DNA of 62,502 nucleotides. Origin: Patescibacteria group bacterium. GTDB lineage: Bacteria > Patescibacteriota > Microgenomatia > UBA1400 > UBA1449. The DNA is taken from assembly GCA_050942955.1 (NCBI GenBank), contig JBMNOG010000007.1, forward strand, positions 1-62,502, in the 5' to 3' direction. The notes under the pieces are model-generated. The model had not been told where the DNA came from, did no database searches, and saw only the letters and a list, made by a program, of their open reading frames with translations. This document shows positions 1-9,698 of this stretch, piece by piece. The position numbers and the translations under genes are program-made. Position 1 is the stretch's first letter, and each line of letters opens with the position of its first letter.

Positions 1-10
1 TCATCTTCTT

Positions 11-268
11 TTAAGTAATCATATTCATTTTGCAGATAATCCAAAACCCTCTGAGCGGCTGAGGTTCGTTCGTTGGTATCATGATGATCAAACATCCCAC
101 CACCAGTATCAACGTGAGCAATATCAGAATCTCCATCTGCCGGTTGATCCTTGTAAGTGTTTCCTGCCAAAACAAAGGCAACTCCTGCCTCACTCCATTC
201 GGGATCAAAGCGGCGCAAAAGCCACACACTGGTAATAGCATCAGGATCGGGATTAATGTGGGTAACAA
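11..268 (-). CDS. small hypothetical membrane protein
   Basis: 85-aa ORF with two hydrophobic stretches, co-oriented downstream of proS; no recognised motif. Confidence 0.35.
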   Translation of the reverse strand: MLPTLIPILMLLPVCGFCAALIPNGVRQELPLFWQETLTRINRQMEILILLTLILVVGCLIIMIPTNEPQPLRGFWIICKMNMIT

Positions 269-364
269 TAAGTTTAGACATAAATACGTTAAATCGCTAA
301 GTTAGTAACACACACTTTCGAGAAACTAACCTCGCCTTCCATACAGATAATACTTTAATAGCTA

Positions 365-1603
365 CTAAGAAAGTCTTTTTACTATTTCTTCTAAACTAAT
401 CAGTTCCGTCTTTTCCTCATCTCTTCGCTTCCACTCAATTTTACCTCCAGTTCTAGGTGAAACCACAAGGCGGACAGGGTTACCGATAAGATCAGCGTCA
501 GCAAATTTCTGTCCCGCACCTACATCAGCTCTATCATCAAATAAAACTTCAATGTTAGCTTCGAGCATTTTTTCATAGACATTGTTGGCTTGAGTTTTAA
601 GCTCAGGATCATTACCCAGCCCTATGAGATGAGTCTGGAACGGCGCCACGCTCTCTGGCCAAATAATACCTTTACTATCTGAGTGTTTTTCTACAATTAC
701 TCCTAAAAGACGGGAGATGCCAATACCATAACACCCCATAATCGGGTAAAACTTCTTACCATTTTCGTTAATAAGTTCGAGTCCGAAGTCTTTGCTGTAC
801 TTTTGACCCAAGTCAAATACATTCCCAACTTCTGAGGCCCTGGCTTTACCAAGTACACCCTGGCCGCATTTTTTGCAAATACCGCCTTCCGCTAAGTCTG
901 TAATCTCTACATTTACACAGTAATCACAGTTGTCGCAAAAGAGGATGTCATCCTCACCAGCCGGAGTCAGCACCATAAACTCATAAGAAATCTTTTGGGT
1001 GAAAGCTCCACCTGAAGCTTCTGTTGATTTTGCTGTCAATCCACAGCGCTCAAACACTTTCAAGTAGGCTCTCTTAACAGTGTCGTAAAACCGTTCAAAG
1101 TCCGCCTGATCTCTGTGCCAGCTGTACATGTCCTTCATTAAAAACTCCCGACCACGCAAAATGCCCGACTTTGCCCTTAGTTCATCTCTAAACTTACTCT
1201 GGATCTGATAAACTGCCACCGGTAAATCTTTGTAACTTTTAATATACTCTTTCGCTAACGGGGTAATAACCTCTTCATGGGACTGACCCAGAGCATATTG
1301 TTTGCCGGTACGGGACTCCAACTTAAACAGAACATCAATTGAATCCCATCCTCCACTCTGTTTCCAAATTTCCGAAGGATGTAAAGCCGGCAATAACACT
1401 TCCTGACCTCCAACAGCATTCATTTCCTCACGAACAATTCTACTGATTTTGTTTAGAACCCGTAACCCTAAGGGCAAGTAGCTATATACTCCAGCCATGA
1501 GCTTATTAACATACCCGGCTTGCACCAGAAGCTGTGCATTTCTGGTTACTTCATCTTTCGGAGGATTTTTTTGAGTTTTTGCAAATAAGTTTGAATATCG
1601 CAT
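365..1603 (-). CDS. proS: proline--tRNA ligase (short form, no editing insertion)
   Basis: Class II aaRS motifs (FRDELRAKSGILRGREFLMKDMYS, MGCYGIGISR), C-terminal anticodon-binding domain (DDR...GQKFADADLIG); 412 aa. Confidence 0.95.
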   Translation of the reverse strand: MRYSNLFAKTQKNPPKDEVTRNAQLLVQAGYVNKLMAGVYSYLPLGLRVLNKISRIVREEMNAVGGQEVLLPALHPSEIWKQSGGWDSIDVLFKLESRTGKQYALGQSHEEVITPLAKEYIKSYKDLPVAVYQIQSKFRDELRAKSGILRGREFLMKDMYSWHRDQADFERFYDTVKRAYLKVFERCGLTAKSTEASGGAFTQKISYEFMVLTPAGEDDILFCDNCDYCVNVEITDLAEGGICKKCGQGVLGKARASEVGNVFDLGQKYSKDFGLELINENGKKFYPIMGCYGIGISRLLGVIVEKHSDSKGIIWPESVAPFQTHLIGLGNDPELKTQANNVYEKMLEANIEVLFDDRADVGAGQKFADADLIGNPVRLVVSPRTGGKIEWKRRDEEKTELISLEEIVKRLS

Positions 1604-1689
1604 AAAATTAGTTGGAAATTCCTTAATGAGTTATGATAGCACAATTTTACAGAGAAGAAGTTAGCTATTGGAAAAATGATAGCTTTTCA

Positions 1690-2364
1690 TCATTTTTCCG
1701 GATGATCATACCATCTTCGAAACGTTAAAGCTCCTTGAACATCTTTATCATCCTCTCCCCAGTTCAACTCTGCCTCTAAAAACAAAGTTAAAGCTTTCCC
1801 TTCTACTCTGTTCATTCTTTCAACATCTCCTTCTTCTCTTAACCTTATCGCATTTTCATAAAGAAACCTAATTCGCATAAATACTAGCTTTCTCAACTCT
1901 TTGGCTTCAATTCGATTTTCCTCTTGAATCTCAGCTCTTAATAGTGCTTTCCAGAAATAATCATCTACTAGTTTCATATTATTTATGGTATTCCAGACAC
2001 TCACTTCAGAGGGTTTGGCTGAAGCATGTCTTACAAAATAGGAGTCTACTACTCCGTAGTGCATCGCAAACTTTACAGCTGTGTTGGTTGTAAAATCTCT
2101 ATGAGAATCACCAGGAAGGTAATAGTGGGCTTCATTAGGAGAGATTAATGGACTATCTTCAAGCTCCAGCCAAAAAAGTTCGTTGAAAATTTCCTCAAAC
2201 TCACTATCAGAATCACTAGATTTTGACTGACGTTGATTCCCACACTCGTAATCATGCTCTTGTTTCACGCTATGCTTCAAGGGCAGGTGTGAAGAAATAA
2301 TTTGTGGAGTAATTATAACACTTCTACTTACTGAAAAGTTACTTTCTCTATAAGTAAGCTTCAA
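1690..2364 (-). CDS. hypothetical protein
   Basis: Long ORF with no recognised motif; TTG start doubtful, GTG at 2268 is plausible because a TGTTATAAT promoter-like motif lies inside the predicted N-terminus. Confidence 0.55.
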   Translation of the reverse strand: MKLTYRESNFSVSRSVIITPQIISSHLPLKHSVKQEHDYECGNQRQSKSSDSDSEFEEIFNELFWLELEDSPLISPNEAHYYLPGDSHRDFTTNTAVKFAMHYGVVDSYFVRHASAKPSEVSVWNTINNMKLVDDYFWKALLRAEIQEENRIEAKELRKLVFMRIRFLYENAIRLREEGDVERMNRVEGKALTLFLEAELNWGEDDKDVQGALTFRRWYDHPEK

Positions 2365-2413
2365 TACAAAAAAACTTAACTTGCAAAGAATTTGGAAATG
2401 AAGTTACAGCGAT

Positions 2414-3475
2414 TTATCCACCACGAACTATCCGCAAAATATCCCCAATGGTAATTAAAACCATCAAAGCAATAAGGATAGCCATGCCTGCCATATTTAT
2501 GTAGGCTTCAAGTTTGGGACGCATTTTCTTGCCAATCACCTTTTCGAGCAGAATAAAGACGAAGCGGCCTCCATCAAGAGCCGGAAAAGGCAAGATATTA
2601 ATAACTGCCAAATTTAAGGACAGAATACCAACAAATTTTATAATTGGTAGAATTCCTTCCTGAGCTACCGTTGAGGTAATCTGATAAATACCAACCACAC
2701 CGGCGACTTCGGGCCTGACTCCTTCAAAAATTCCGGCAATAGTTGAGACAAGGCCTTCAACCATCATCCTTGTCCAACCATAGGCCTCCTGAACACCTAC
2801 AACAGAAGCCCTAAAGGGCATCTGCCACCATGGGTAAAACTTGTTGTCATAGTTGGATACTACTACCCCAACCGCACCTTCACCCTCCGGAGGATTTTCT
2901 CTAGGAGTTAAGTTAATTTGCTTGAACTCACTGTTTCTTACCACTTGAATTCGTACCTGTTCACCCTTTTTATCCTCAAGATATTCCACAAAGTCTCTGA
3001 CCTCGTCCATGTTGTTTCCATTTATTGCCACAACCTTATCTCCTCTTTCCAAACCAGCACTTTCTGCAGGTGAGTTTGGAGCAATAGCCTCAATAGTAAT
3101 GTAATCAACCTGCTCAGGAATACCGGTAACAGAATAAATAAACGAAAAAGCTGCAACCCCCAGAAGAATGTTCATAGCGACACCTGCCAGAATAATCACA
3201 GACCGCTGTTTCTTGGATTTATTGGCAAAAGATCGAGGGTTTTTGCTTTCTTCAACACTCTGCTCACCAAGAAGACGCACGAAACCGCCAAAAGGTAGAA
3301 GATTTAGAGAATAAATGGTTTCACCGATTTTTCTGCCGATGACTTTCGGAGGGTAGCCAAAACCAAACTCTTCTACTCTTACTCCGGTAAGTCTGGCCGC
3401 CAAGTAATGTCCCAACTCATGAATAAGAACAACAACAGATAAAACAATGAGAAAAATGACAATTGTTGGAAGCAC
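2414..3475 (-). CDS. rseP: RIP metalloprotease RseP (M50 with PDZ domain)
   Basis: HELGH zinc motif, GFGYPP, NLLPFGGFVRL, PDZ (SPAESAGL..GD), NILPFPALDGG. Confidence 0.92.
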   Translation of the reverse strand: MLPTIVIFLIVLSVVVLIHELGHYLAARLTGVRVEEFGFGYPPKVIGRKIGETIYSLNLLPFGGFVRLLGEQSVEESKNPRSFANKSKKQRSVIILAGVAMNILLGVAAFSFIYSVTGIPEQVDYITIEAIAPNSPAESAGLERGDKVVAINGNNMDEVRDFVEYLEDKKGEQVRIQVVRNSEFKQINLTPRENPPEGEGAVGVVVSNYDNKFYPWWQMPFRASVVGVQEAYGWTRMMVEGLVSTIAGIFEGVRPEVAGVVGIYQITSTVAQEGILPIIKFVGILSLNLAVINILPFPALDGGRFVFILLEKVIGKKMRPKLEAYINMAGMAILIALMVLITIGDILRIVRGG

Positions 3476-3589
3476 AGATATCTCTTAAACCCCAAACCTT
3501 TATATCTTTGTGTAAAGATTCAGGATTTATACAATAAAAATCGTAACTACTTACTATACTATAAAGTTACTACTGAAAATACTGTGAAA

Positions 3590-4144
3590 CTAGACCCTCA
3601 TTACCTCGGCCTCTTTCTCTTTAGCTAAAGTTTCAAGCCTTTCAATGGTTTTATCAGTAGTCTTCTGTAACTTTTCCAAATCGGCTTTTATGTCATCTTC
3701 ACTGACTCCACTCTCACCTTTTTGATCTTCAATCTCTTGTTTGGCATGAACCCTTTCTTGACGAACCATAGTTTTGTGTGACTCCAATTTTTGGCCAATA
3801 AGTTTTACCAACTCTTTTCTGGATTCTTCAGTCAGAGCCGGAATAGTAATGCGAATTAGTTCTCCCTGAACCACCGGATTAACTCTTGCCTCAGATGTAG
3901 CCAAACCTTTAGCAATATCTTTAATGATCGACTTATCCCAGGGGCTTATCTCGATTGTTTGTGCATCAGGAGCTGAAATTGATGCTAGTTCCCGAACCTC
4001 CATCCAGGTTCCATAAGCATTGACTTTAATATGCTCAACCAAGCTTGGCCTGGCTCTACCGGTTTTAACCGTATTCAAATCTTCGGTAAAAAGCGTTATT
4101 ATTTTCTCACATTTTTGTTCAAAATCCTGCAGTGGTTGACTCAT
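3590..4144 (-). CDS. frr: ribosome recycling factor
   Basis: KTGRARPSL, I.I.PWD, IRITIPALTEESRKELVK; synteny with rpsB-tsf. Confidence 0.95.
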   Translation of the reverse strand: MSQPLQDFEQKCEKIITLFTEDLNTVKTGRARPSLVEHIKVNAYGTWMEVRELASISAPDAQTIEISPWDKSIIKDIAKGLATSEARVNPVVQGELIRITIPALTEESRKELVKLIGQKLESHKTMVRQERVHAKQEIEDQKGESGVSEDDIKADLEKLQKTTDKTIERLETLAKEKEAEVMRV

Positions 4145-4155
4145 AATGTCAATAA

Positions 4156-4202
4156 GTCAAAACGGTATGTCACTCAAATACTTGGGTTTGTACTGTTTTG
4201 AC
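4156..4202. promoter_or_regulatory. imperfect hairpin immediately upstream of frr
   Basis: GTCAAAACGGTA ... TACTGTTTTGAC inverted repeat 11 nt upstream of the frr start. Confidence 0.4.
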
Positions 4203-4377
4203 AGTCAAATTTTTTCGCTAATTAAACATATACATCTTATCAGGGTTAGGTTGAAATTTAAACATGAAATCTGATTACCTACTTAACTTCAATAATTTTG
4301 GTAAGGAAATCAGTTTGCAATTTAGTAGGTAATTTGCATATACTGGATTTAGCTTATTAAAACCATCTTTCCTGCCT

Positions 4378-5043
4378 ATGTCCTTTTTTAATCAAAATCC
4401 CAAACAACCAGATCCCGCTATTACACAAGACTCTACTGCTGCCCAGACTGCACCTTCTAGTCAGCTTGTTCAAGAAGTAGAGACGCTACCAGAAACACAG
4501 CTGCCAGAAACACCTACGCCAGAGGTACAAACACCCACTCCTCAACCTCAACAAGAAAATGCTGTTACTAATCAGTTGAATGGAAATCAATTAAATGAAA
4601 CGCCTCAAGCAACTCTCAATAACATCTCACTTTCACCAGACACAGTCGCTGCGGTTTCTCCGGAACAAAATAGTGATCTTATTACTCAACTCGAAGCCTT
4701 AAAAAAAGTCCCGGTAGATGAGGTTAGTGGAAAAATTGATGAGATTATTAGCTCTATGCGTGGTAGTACCCCCGAACCAGTTATCGAATCACCGCAACAG
4801 GCACCAACGCCTGTACCTCAAACACCGCAAACAGCAGAAGCGCCAACAGCTCCTTCGATGGACTTATCTGCACAAAATGATTTGAATATGACTACAGAAA
4901 CCCAACCGGCTCAATCCCAAATATCTCAAACAAGCCCTGATATGGCACAGGGCGGGGTAACTCAAGAAGCTGCCGCTGTAAATCCTGATTTTAATACTAA
5001 CCAACCGAATGATTCAGAAATGGTACCACCTACCAAGCTTTAG
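4378..5043 (+). CDS. Pro/Gln/Thr-rich low-complexity hypothetical protein
   Basis: 221-aa ORF, upstream TTGCAA-18-TATACT promoter (4315-4344), followed by a terminator. Confidence 0.7.
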   Translation: MSFFNQNPKQPDPAITQDSTAAQTAPSSQLVQEVETLPETQLPETPTPEVQTPTPQPQQENAVTNQLNGNQLNETPQATLNNISLSPDTVAAVSPEQNSDLITQLEALKKVPVDEVSGKIDEIISSMRGSTPEPVIESPQQAPTPVPQTPQTAEAPTAPSMDLSAQNDLNMTTETQPAQSQISQTSPDMAQGGVTQEAAAVNPDFNTNQPNDSEMVPPTKL

Positions 5044-5062
5044 TAAACTTTAAATAATACTT

Positions 5063-5090
5063 AAAAACCCACTGTTTCCAGTGGGTTTTT
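5063..5090. terminator. bidirectional intrinsic terminator
   Basis: Perfect 12-bp inverted repeat AAAAACCCACTG-tttc-CAGTGGGTTTTT between convergent genes. Confidence 0.85.
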
Positions 5091-5110
5091 TATTTTATAG
5101 TGTTTCGAAA

Positions 5111-5581
5111 CTAGCAAGTAGAAGTCTGTTCAATTGCTAAGCGGGTAAAAGAATCAACCTTTATATTTTCACCCAGTTTAGCAATCGCTTCTTTAACAAG
5201 GTCCTCAATGGTTCTTTTTGCGTCTCTGATATAGGTTTGCTTAAACAGTTCCTCTACATTTTCAGGATTCATTGAAGCTACCTGCATCGCAATTTCCCGA
5301 GCCAATTTTTGAAATTCTTCTGTTCTGGCTACAAAATCTGTTTCACAGGTCAATTTTACCAAAGCTCCAACCTTACCGCCTGTGTGGACATATGCTTCAA
5401 CTAAACCATCTCCGGTTTCTCTATCTGATTTTTTAGCCGCTTTATCTAAACCTTTTTGTCTCAACCATTCTTTGGCTTTTTCCATATCACTGTTTGACTC
5501 TGTAAGAGCTTGTCTTACTTCCATAACCCCGGCTCTGGTTTCTATCCTGAGTTTTTTGATCTGGTCAATGGTAACTTTCAT
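5111..5581 (-). CDS. tsf: elongation factor Ts (short form)
   Basis: IKKLRIETRAGVME, KAAKKSDR, CETDFVAR, LGENIKV; directly downstream of rpsB. Confidence 0.95.
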   Translation of the reverse strand: MKVTIDQIKKLRIETRAGVMEVRQALTESNSDMEKAKEWLRQKGLDKAAKKSDRETGDGLVEAYVHTGGKVGALVKLTCETDFVARTEEFQKLAREIAMQVASMNPENVEELFKQTYIRDAKRTIEDLVKEAIAKLGENIKVDSFTRLAIEQTSTC

Positions 5582-5670
5582 GGTTTAAGTGGGTTGCGCA
5601 TCCAGGACAAAAAGTTCTTTTTGTTTCCAGATACCAACCTGCTTATCATCTTATAACTTCAGTGTGTAAT

Positions 5671-6405
5671 CTACTTTGTTTCTTTTTTCTCTTCTTTTCT
5701 CTGTGCTAAAGCTTTGCCTTCAATAACTGCATCGGTGAAAATACTGGTTAGCAGTTTTATTGACCGAACCGCATCGTCATTTCCGGGAATCGGATAGTCA
5801 ACCAGTTCGGGGTTAGCGTTAGTATCAAGCAAAGCATACATTTTTATTCCAGCCGCTTTTGCCTCCTTAACCGCTGCTTTTTCTCTGGTTATATCCACAA
5901 TGTAAAGCATGTCAGGAGGGGTTTCCATTCCTTCCAAGCCAGCAAAAAGGCGTTCGAGCCTGGTTACTTCTTTATCCAAAAGCACTCTCTCTTTTTTAGT
6001 AAGATGCTGGAATTTCTTTTCAGCCAAACCCTTCTTAAGCTCAGTTAAGCGCTTGATACTGACTTTAATCTGATCCCAATTGGTAATTGTTCCACCTGCC
6101 CACCGGGAAGTAACATAGTGGACTCCGGCTCTTTCAGCCTCTTCTTTAACAATCGGAGCAGCCTGGCGTTTTGTACCGACAAAAACAATACTTTTGCCTG
6201 CTTTAATGTCCTGCTTCACTGACTCACAAGCTTTTTGCAATGCCTCGACAGTTTTAATCAAGTCAAAAATGTGAACACCATCACGTTCCTGCCAAATAAA
6301 CCGGCTCATTTTGGGGTGCCAGCGGCGAGACTGATGACCGAAGTGAACTCCGGCTTCCAGAAGCTTGGTTAAATCAACAGAAAAATTCCCTGTGTCTTGG
6401 GACAT
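5671..6405 (-). CDS. rpsB: 30S ribosomal protein S2
   Basis: LLEAGVHFGHQSRRWHPKM, RWAGGTITN, DTNANP, PIPGNDDAVRSI. Confidence 0.97.
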   Translation of the reverse strand: MSQDTGNFSVDLTKLLEAGVHFGHQSRRWHPKMSRFIWQERDGVHIFDLIKTVEALQKACESVKQDIKAGKSIVFVGTKRQAAPIVKEEAERAGVHYVTSRWAGGTITNWDQIKVSIKRLTELKKGLAEKKFQHLTKKERVLLDKEVTRLERLFAGLEGMETPPDMLYIVDITREKAAVKEAKAAGIKMYALLDTNANPELVDYPIPGNDDAVRSIKLLTSIFTDAVIEGKALAQRKEEKKETK

Positions 6406-6498
6406 AGTTCCTCCTTTTTTTCCTCCATACCTATTTTGTTAGTAATAAAAATAATCCCAAAGGGATTACTCAAGGAGTGCATAGGTATGTGTGTGATA
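6406..6498 (-). promoter_or_regulatory. rpsB leader RNA (S2 autoregulatory structure)
   Basis: Minus strand ACACAC-ATACCTAT ... ATAGGTAT-GGAGG stem and flanking motifs typical of rpsB leaders; extended -10 TGGTATATT at 6505-6513. Confidence 0.6.
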
Positions 6499-6549
6499 GT
6501 GGAAATATACCATAGCACAGGGAAAAATGCAAAAACCTTTTTTTTGATT

Positions 6550-6571
6550 TTTGCTGCTAATTAGCAGCAAA
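6550..6571. promoter_or_regulatory. perfect 22-bp palindrome
   Basis: TTTGCTGCTAATTAGCAGCAAA in the divergent rpsB / ATPase intergenic region. Confidence 0.6.
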
Positions 6572-6755
6572 TGTCGGGTTCTTTCGTTCAAACAGCAAAA
6601 AGTATATAATACCAGTATAAGTTAAAAAGGTTTTAGTAACAATACTTTTGCTTGGTTATATATTTATTGGCTTAACAAATTCCTAAGAATTTCTTTCATC
6701 CGTTTTGTCTGATACCTGTTATCCGGCGCGTAAAGAAAGTATAATATAATCGTAT

Positions 6756-9338
6756 ATGTCCGAAAGTAAATCTGCTTCTAATTTGAGTTTTTTTGAGATT
6801 AGAGTTCCCAAATATTCAGAGGTTTCACCAGAAGCCATGGCGGCTTGTTTTCAGGCTTTACCTCAAATCAAAAACTCTATTTTTGATTCTCTTTTAGGTA
6901 AAGAGGAGGCTCTGACTTTTGAGTTAGTCACCTGGAACCAGCGTATTTACTTTATGGCTGCAGTACCGGCTAGCATTACCAGCTACTTTACAAGCCAGCT
7001 AACAGCCCAGTACCCCCAAGCTTTAATCTCACCAGTTGGGGACTATCTCCCCTTCTTTTTTCCGGAAAATAGCGACCAAAAAACTCAAATGCAAGTCAGC
7101 ACCTTTGGGAAAATCATCATGGCCAACCCTTTCTATCTACCGCTTAAAACTTACAAAGATTTTACTGACATTGATCCGCTCTCAACCATTTTAGGGACAC
7201 TAGCCAAAGCCGATCCTGATGATAAAATTCTGGTACAGTTTGTTGTTACCGCTGCTCCAAAAAGTTGGCAAAAACAAGGGTATTCTGTTGCTAATAAGCT
7301 TATACCCACCAGTGATCCTGAGAAGGTCATCCCTCACCCCCAAAAATCTCTCATTGAACAAAAAATCGCCCAGATAGGTTTTAATGTTGATATTAGAGCT
7401 TTGGTCGTTAGCTCAGACAAACACCATGCAGAAGCTGTATTAGCTAATCTAGCTGGCTCATTTGCCAGTGTCAGCCATGGTGACAGCAATCACTTAAAAT
7501 TAAAAATCCCGCTGCTTAGTAAAAGATCTTTGTTTGCTGAAATTATTGAGAGAAAACCTTCATTTAGTTTGAGTCCCCACGTACTGACTGCTGCCGAACT
7601 AGCTACGCTATACCATCTCCCTAACCAGGATTTGGTTTCAATTAAAAACATTGCCTGGGGCGGAACTTTAAAAGGTGAACCACCTGAGAACTTACCAATT
7701 GCCGCCGGACTTTCTGATAAAGAGAAGCAGGAAATCAACTTTTTAGCTAGGACTGAATTTAAGAATCAGGACACTGTTTTTGGTATTAAAAGAGTTGATC
7801 GAAGGAAACATATTTATATTATCGGGAAAACGGGTACCGGGAAATCAACACTTATTGCTAACATGGCAATTAATGATATGCGCAATGGCGAAGGTGTAGC
7901 TATTATTGATCCTCATGGAGATTTATGTGAAATAGTCCTTGATTACATCCCTAAACACCGACTCAATGACGTCGTCTACCTTGACCCAAATAGAGTCGAT
8001 AGTCCTTTCAGAATGAATCCTCTGGAATTAACTCAACCTGAGCAGGCAGAGTTGGTTGCTTCAGGGATTGTAGCTATTTTCCATAAGCTTTTCTCCTATT
8101 CCTGGGGACCTAGGCTGGAATACATTCTCAGAAACACTATTCTCACTTTAACAGCAATGCCCAATTCTACCCTACTTGATGTGCCAACAATCCTGACTAA
8201 CACTTCTTTCCGCAACCGCGTAACTGAGAAACTGAAAGATCAGACCCTTAAAAAATTTTGGACAGATGAGTTTAATCAACTTGACAACCGCGGCCGGACA
8301 GAAGCTATTTCTCCGATTTTAAATAAGGTCGGCCAGTTTATTACTTCTCCTAAAATTCGGGCTATTCTGGAACGACCCCATTCAAGCGTCAGTCTTGAAG
8401 ATGTTATGGATACAGGCAAGATTCTCCTCTTAAATCTTTCCCAAGGTAGAATTGGCGAGGATAACGCAGCCCTGCTTGGAGCAATGTTTATTACCAAGAT
8501 GCAGCTGGCAGCTATGAATCGGGTAAATGTACCCGAAGAACAGCGCAGAGATTTTTATTTATATGTTGATGAGTTTCAGAACTTCGCTACTTCATCATTT
8601 GTCAAAATCCTGTCTGAAGCAAGGAAATACCGTCTCAACCTGACAGTTGCTAACCAGTATACTGCCCAGGTTCAAGAGGATGTTCAAAAGGCAATTTTCG
8701 GCAATATTGGAACTCTTATTTCCTTTCTTGTCGGTTCAAGCGATGCTCGTTTGCTCAATCTTGAATTCGGGAATATTTATGAAGAATCAGATCTCGTTCA
8801 CTTAAACAATTACGAGATTATTACTAAGTTATCAATTGATAACCACACCTGTAGCCCGTTTGCCGCTAAGACTCTGCCTCTCCCTCGGTCAAAAAACAGT
8901 AACCGCGAAAAGGCTATAAGACTTTCTCTTGAGCGCTACGGAAAACCGAATAAACAAAAAAATCAACCGGACAAAATTCCATCTGAACCATCTAGAGAAA
9001 AACTCCAAGAAAAGATTCCAGAAGATCACTTAGAACGAAGAAAACAAGCTGAGGCAGCTGTACACAAACTTACACAACAAGGTATCGCTAGATACCCCAG
9101 TAACATAGCAAAACACAAAAGCAACCCACAATCCAAGAAAGAAGCTGGTGTGAATGCGTCAAAAGCGGAAAAATTTAAACATAATAATAAAATAGGTTAT
9201 GAAAACAAGAAAGAAGCTAATCGTTCACAAAAAATTGGTACAGAATCTCAAATCCATGACACCCAAATAAATTCCAAAAATGAACCGCATAATAAAGTCT
9301 CAAGGAGACCGATTTATGTAGTTGAAGAGGAAAAGTAA
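6756..9338 (+). CDS. VirD4/TraG-like (HerA/FtsK superfamily) coupling-protein-type ATPase
   Basis: Walker A GKTGTGKS, IIDPHGDL, Walker B LYVDEFQNF, SEARKYRL, ANQY; extra N-terminal domain and charged low-complexity tail typical of CPR homologs. Confidence 0.85.
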   Translation: MSESKSASNLSFFEIRVPKYSEVSPEAMAACFQALPQIKNSIFDSLLGKEEALTFELVTWNQRIYFMAAVPASITSYFTSQLTAQYPQALISPVGDYLPFFFPENSDQKTQMQVSTFGKIIMANPFYLPLKTYKDFTDIDPLSTILGTLAKADPDDKILVQFVVTAAPKSWQKQGYSVANKLIPTSDPEKVIPHPQKSLIEQKIAQIGFNVDIRALVVSSDKHHAEAVLANLAGSFASVSHGDSNHLKLKIPLLSKRSLFAEIIERKPSFSLSPHVLTAAELATLYHLPNQDLVSIKNIAWGGTLKGEPPENLPIAAGLSDKEKQEINFLARTEFKNQDTVFGIKRVDRRKHIYIIGKTGTGKSTLIANMAINDMRNGEGVAIIDPHGDLCEIVLDYIPKHRLNDVVYLDPNRVDSPFRMNPLELTQPEQAELVASGIVAIFHKLFSYSWGPRLEYILRNTILTLTAMPNSTLLDVPTILTNTSFRNRVTEKLKDQTLKKFWTDEFNQLDNRGRTEAISPILNKVGQFITSPKIRAILERPHSSVSLEDVMDTGKILLLNLSQGRIGEDNAALLGAMFITKMQLAAMNRVNVPEEQRRDFYLYVDEFQNFATSSFVKILSEARKYRLNLTVANQYTAQVQEDVQKAIFGNIGTLISFLVGSSDARLLNLEFGNIYEESDLVHLNNYEIITKLSIDNHTCSPFAAKTLPLPRSKNSNREKAIRLSLERYGKPNKQKNQPDKIPSEPSREKLQEKIPEDHLERRKQAEAAVHKLTQQGIARYPSNIAKHKSNPQSKKEAGVNASKAEKFKHNNKIGYENKKEANRSQKIGTESQIHDTQINSKNEPHNKVSRRPIYVVEEEK

Positions 9339-9357
9339 AATCGTTAGACTTGTATAT

Positions 9358-9639
9358 ATGGCATCCATTCAGTCAACACCGGAAAGCGTTAGCAAATCCC
9401 ATACTATCCAACCTGAGTCAGTCAGCTCTAAATACACGCAACAAGAAAATTTATGTTCTCCTGAAAGAGCAAAACAACAATTAAAAGAGATGGGGTTCCC
9501 CCATTGGACAAATGTTCCCCTTGGAAAATCTGATTACCTTAATGCGCTAGTCAGAGCGGCAACATCTTCAGAGCCACAGGATCTGAATAAACTAATAATT
9601 GAATCAAGGCGAGATATTACACAACAACGTAACAGGTAA
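9358..9639 (+). CDS. hypothetical protein
   Basis: ORF after the ATPase; ATG at 9358 preferred over the overlapping TTG at 9322. Confidence 0.5.
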   Translation: MASIQSTPESVSKSHTIQPESVSSKYTQQENLCSPERAKQQLKEMGFPHWTNVPLGKSDYLNALVRAATSSEPQDLNKLIIESRRDITQQRNR

Positions 9640-9698
9640 AGATATTGGGGGCTCTACTCTTCTCGAGGACGTTAAACAATTTCCCCAGCATAGAAGTG

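Noticed and set aside
5111-5581. Truncated EF-Ts as a pseudogene
   Set aside because: Short single-subdomain EF-Ts is an established form and all key motifs are present
6756-9338. Integrative conjugative element
   Set aside because: No relaxase, VirB4, integrase or att repeats; flanked by core genes
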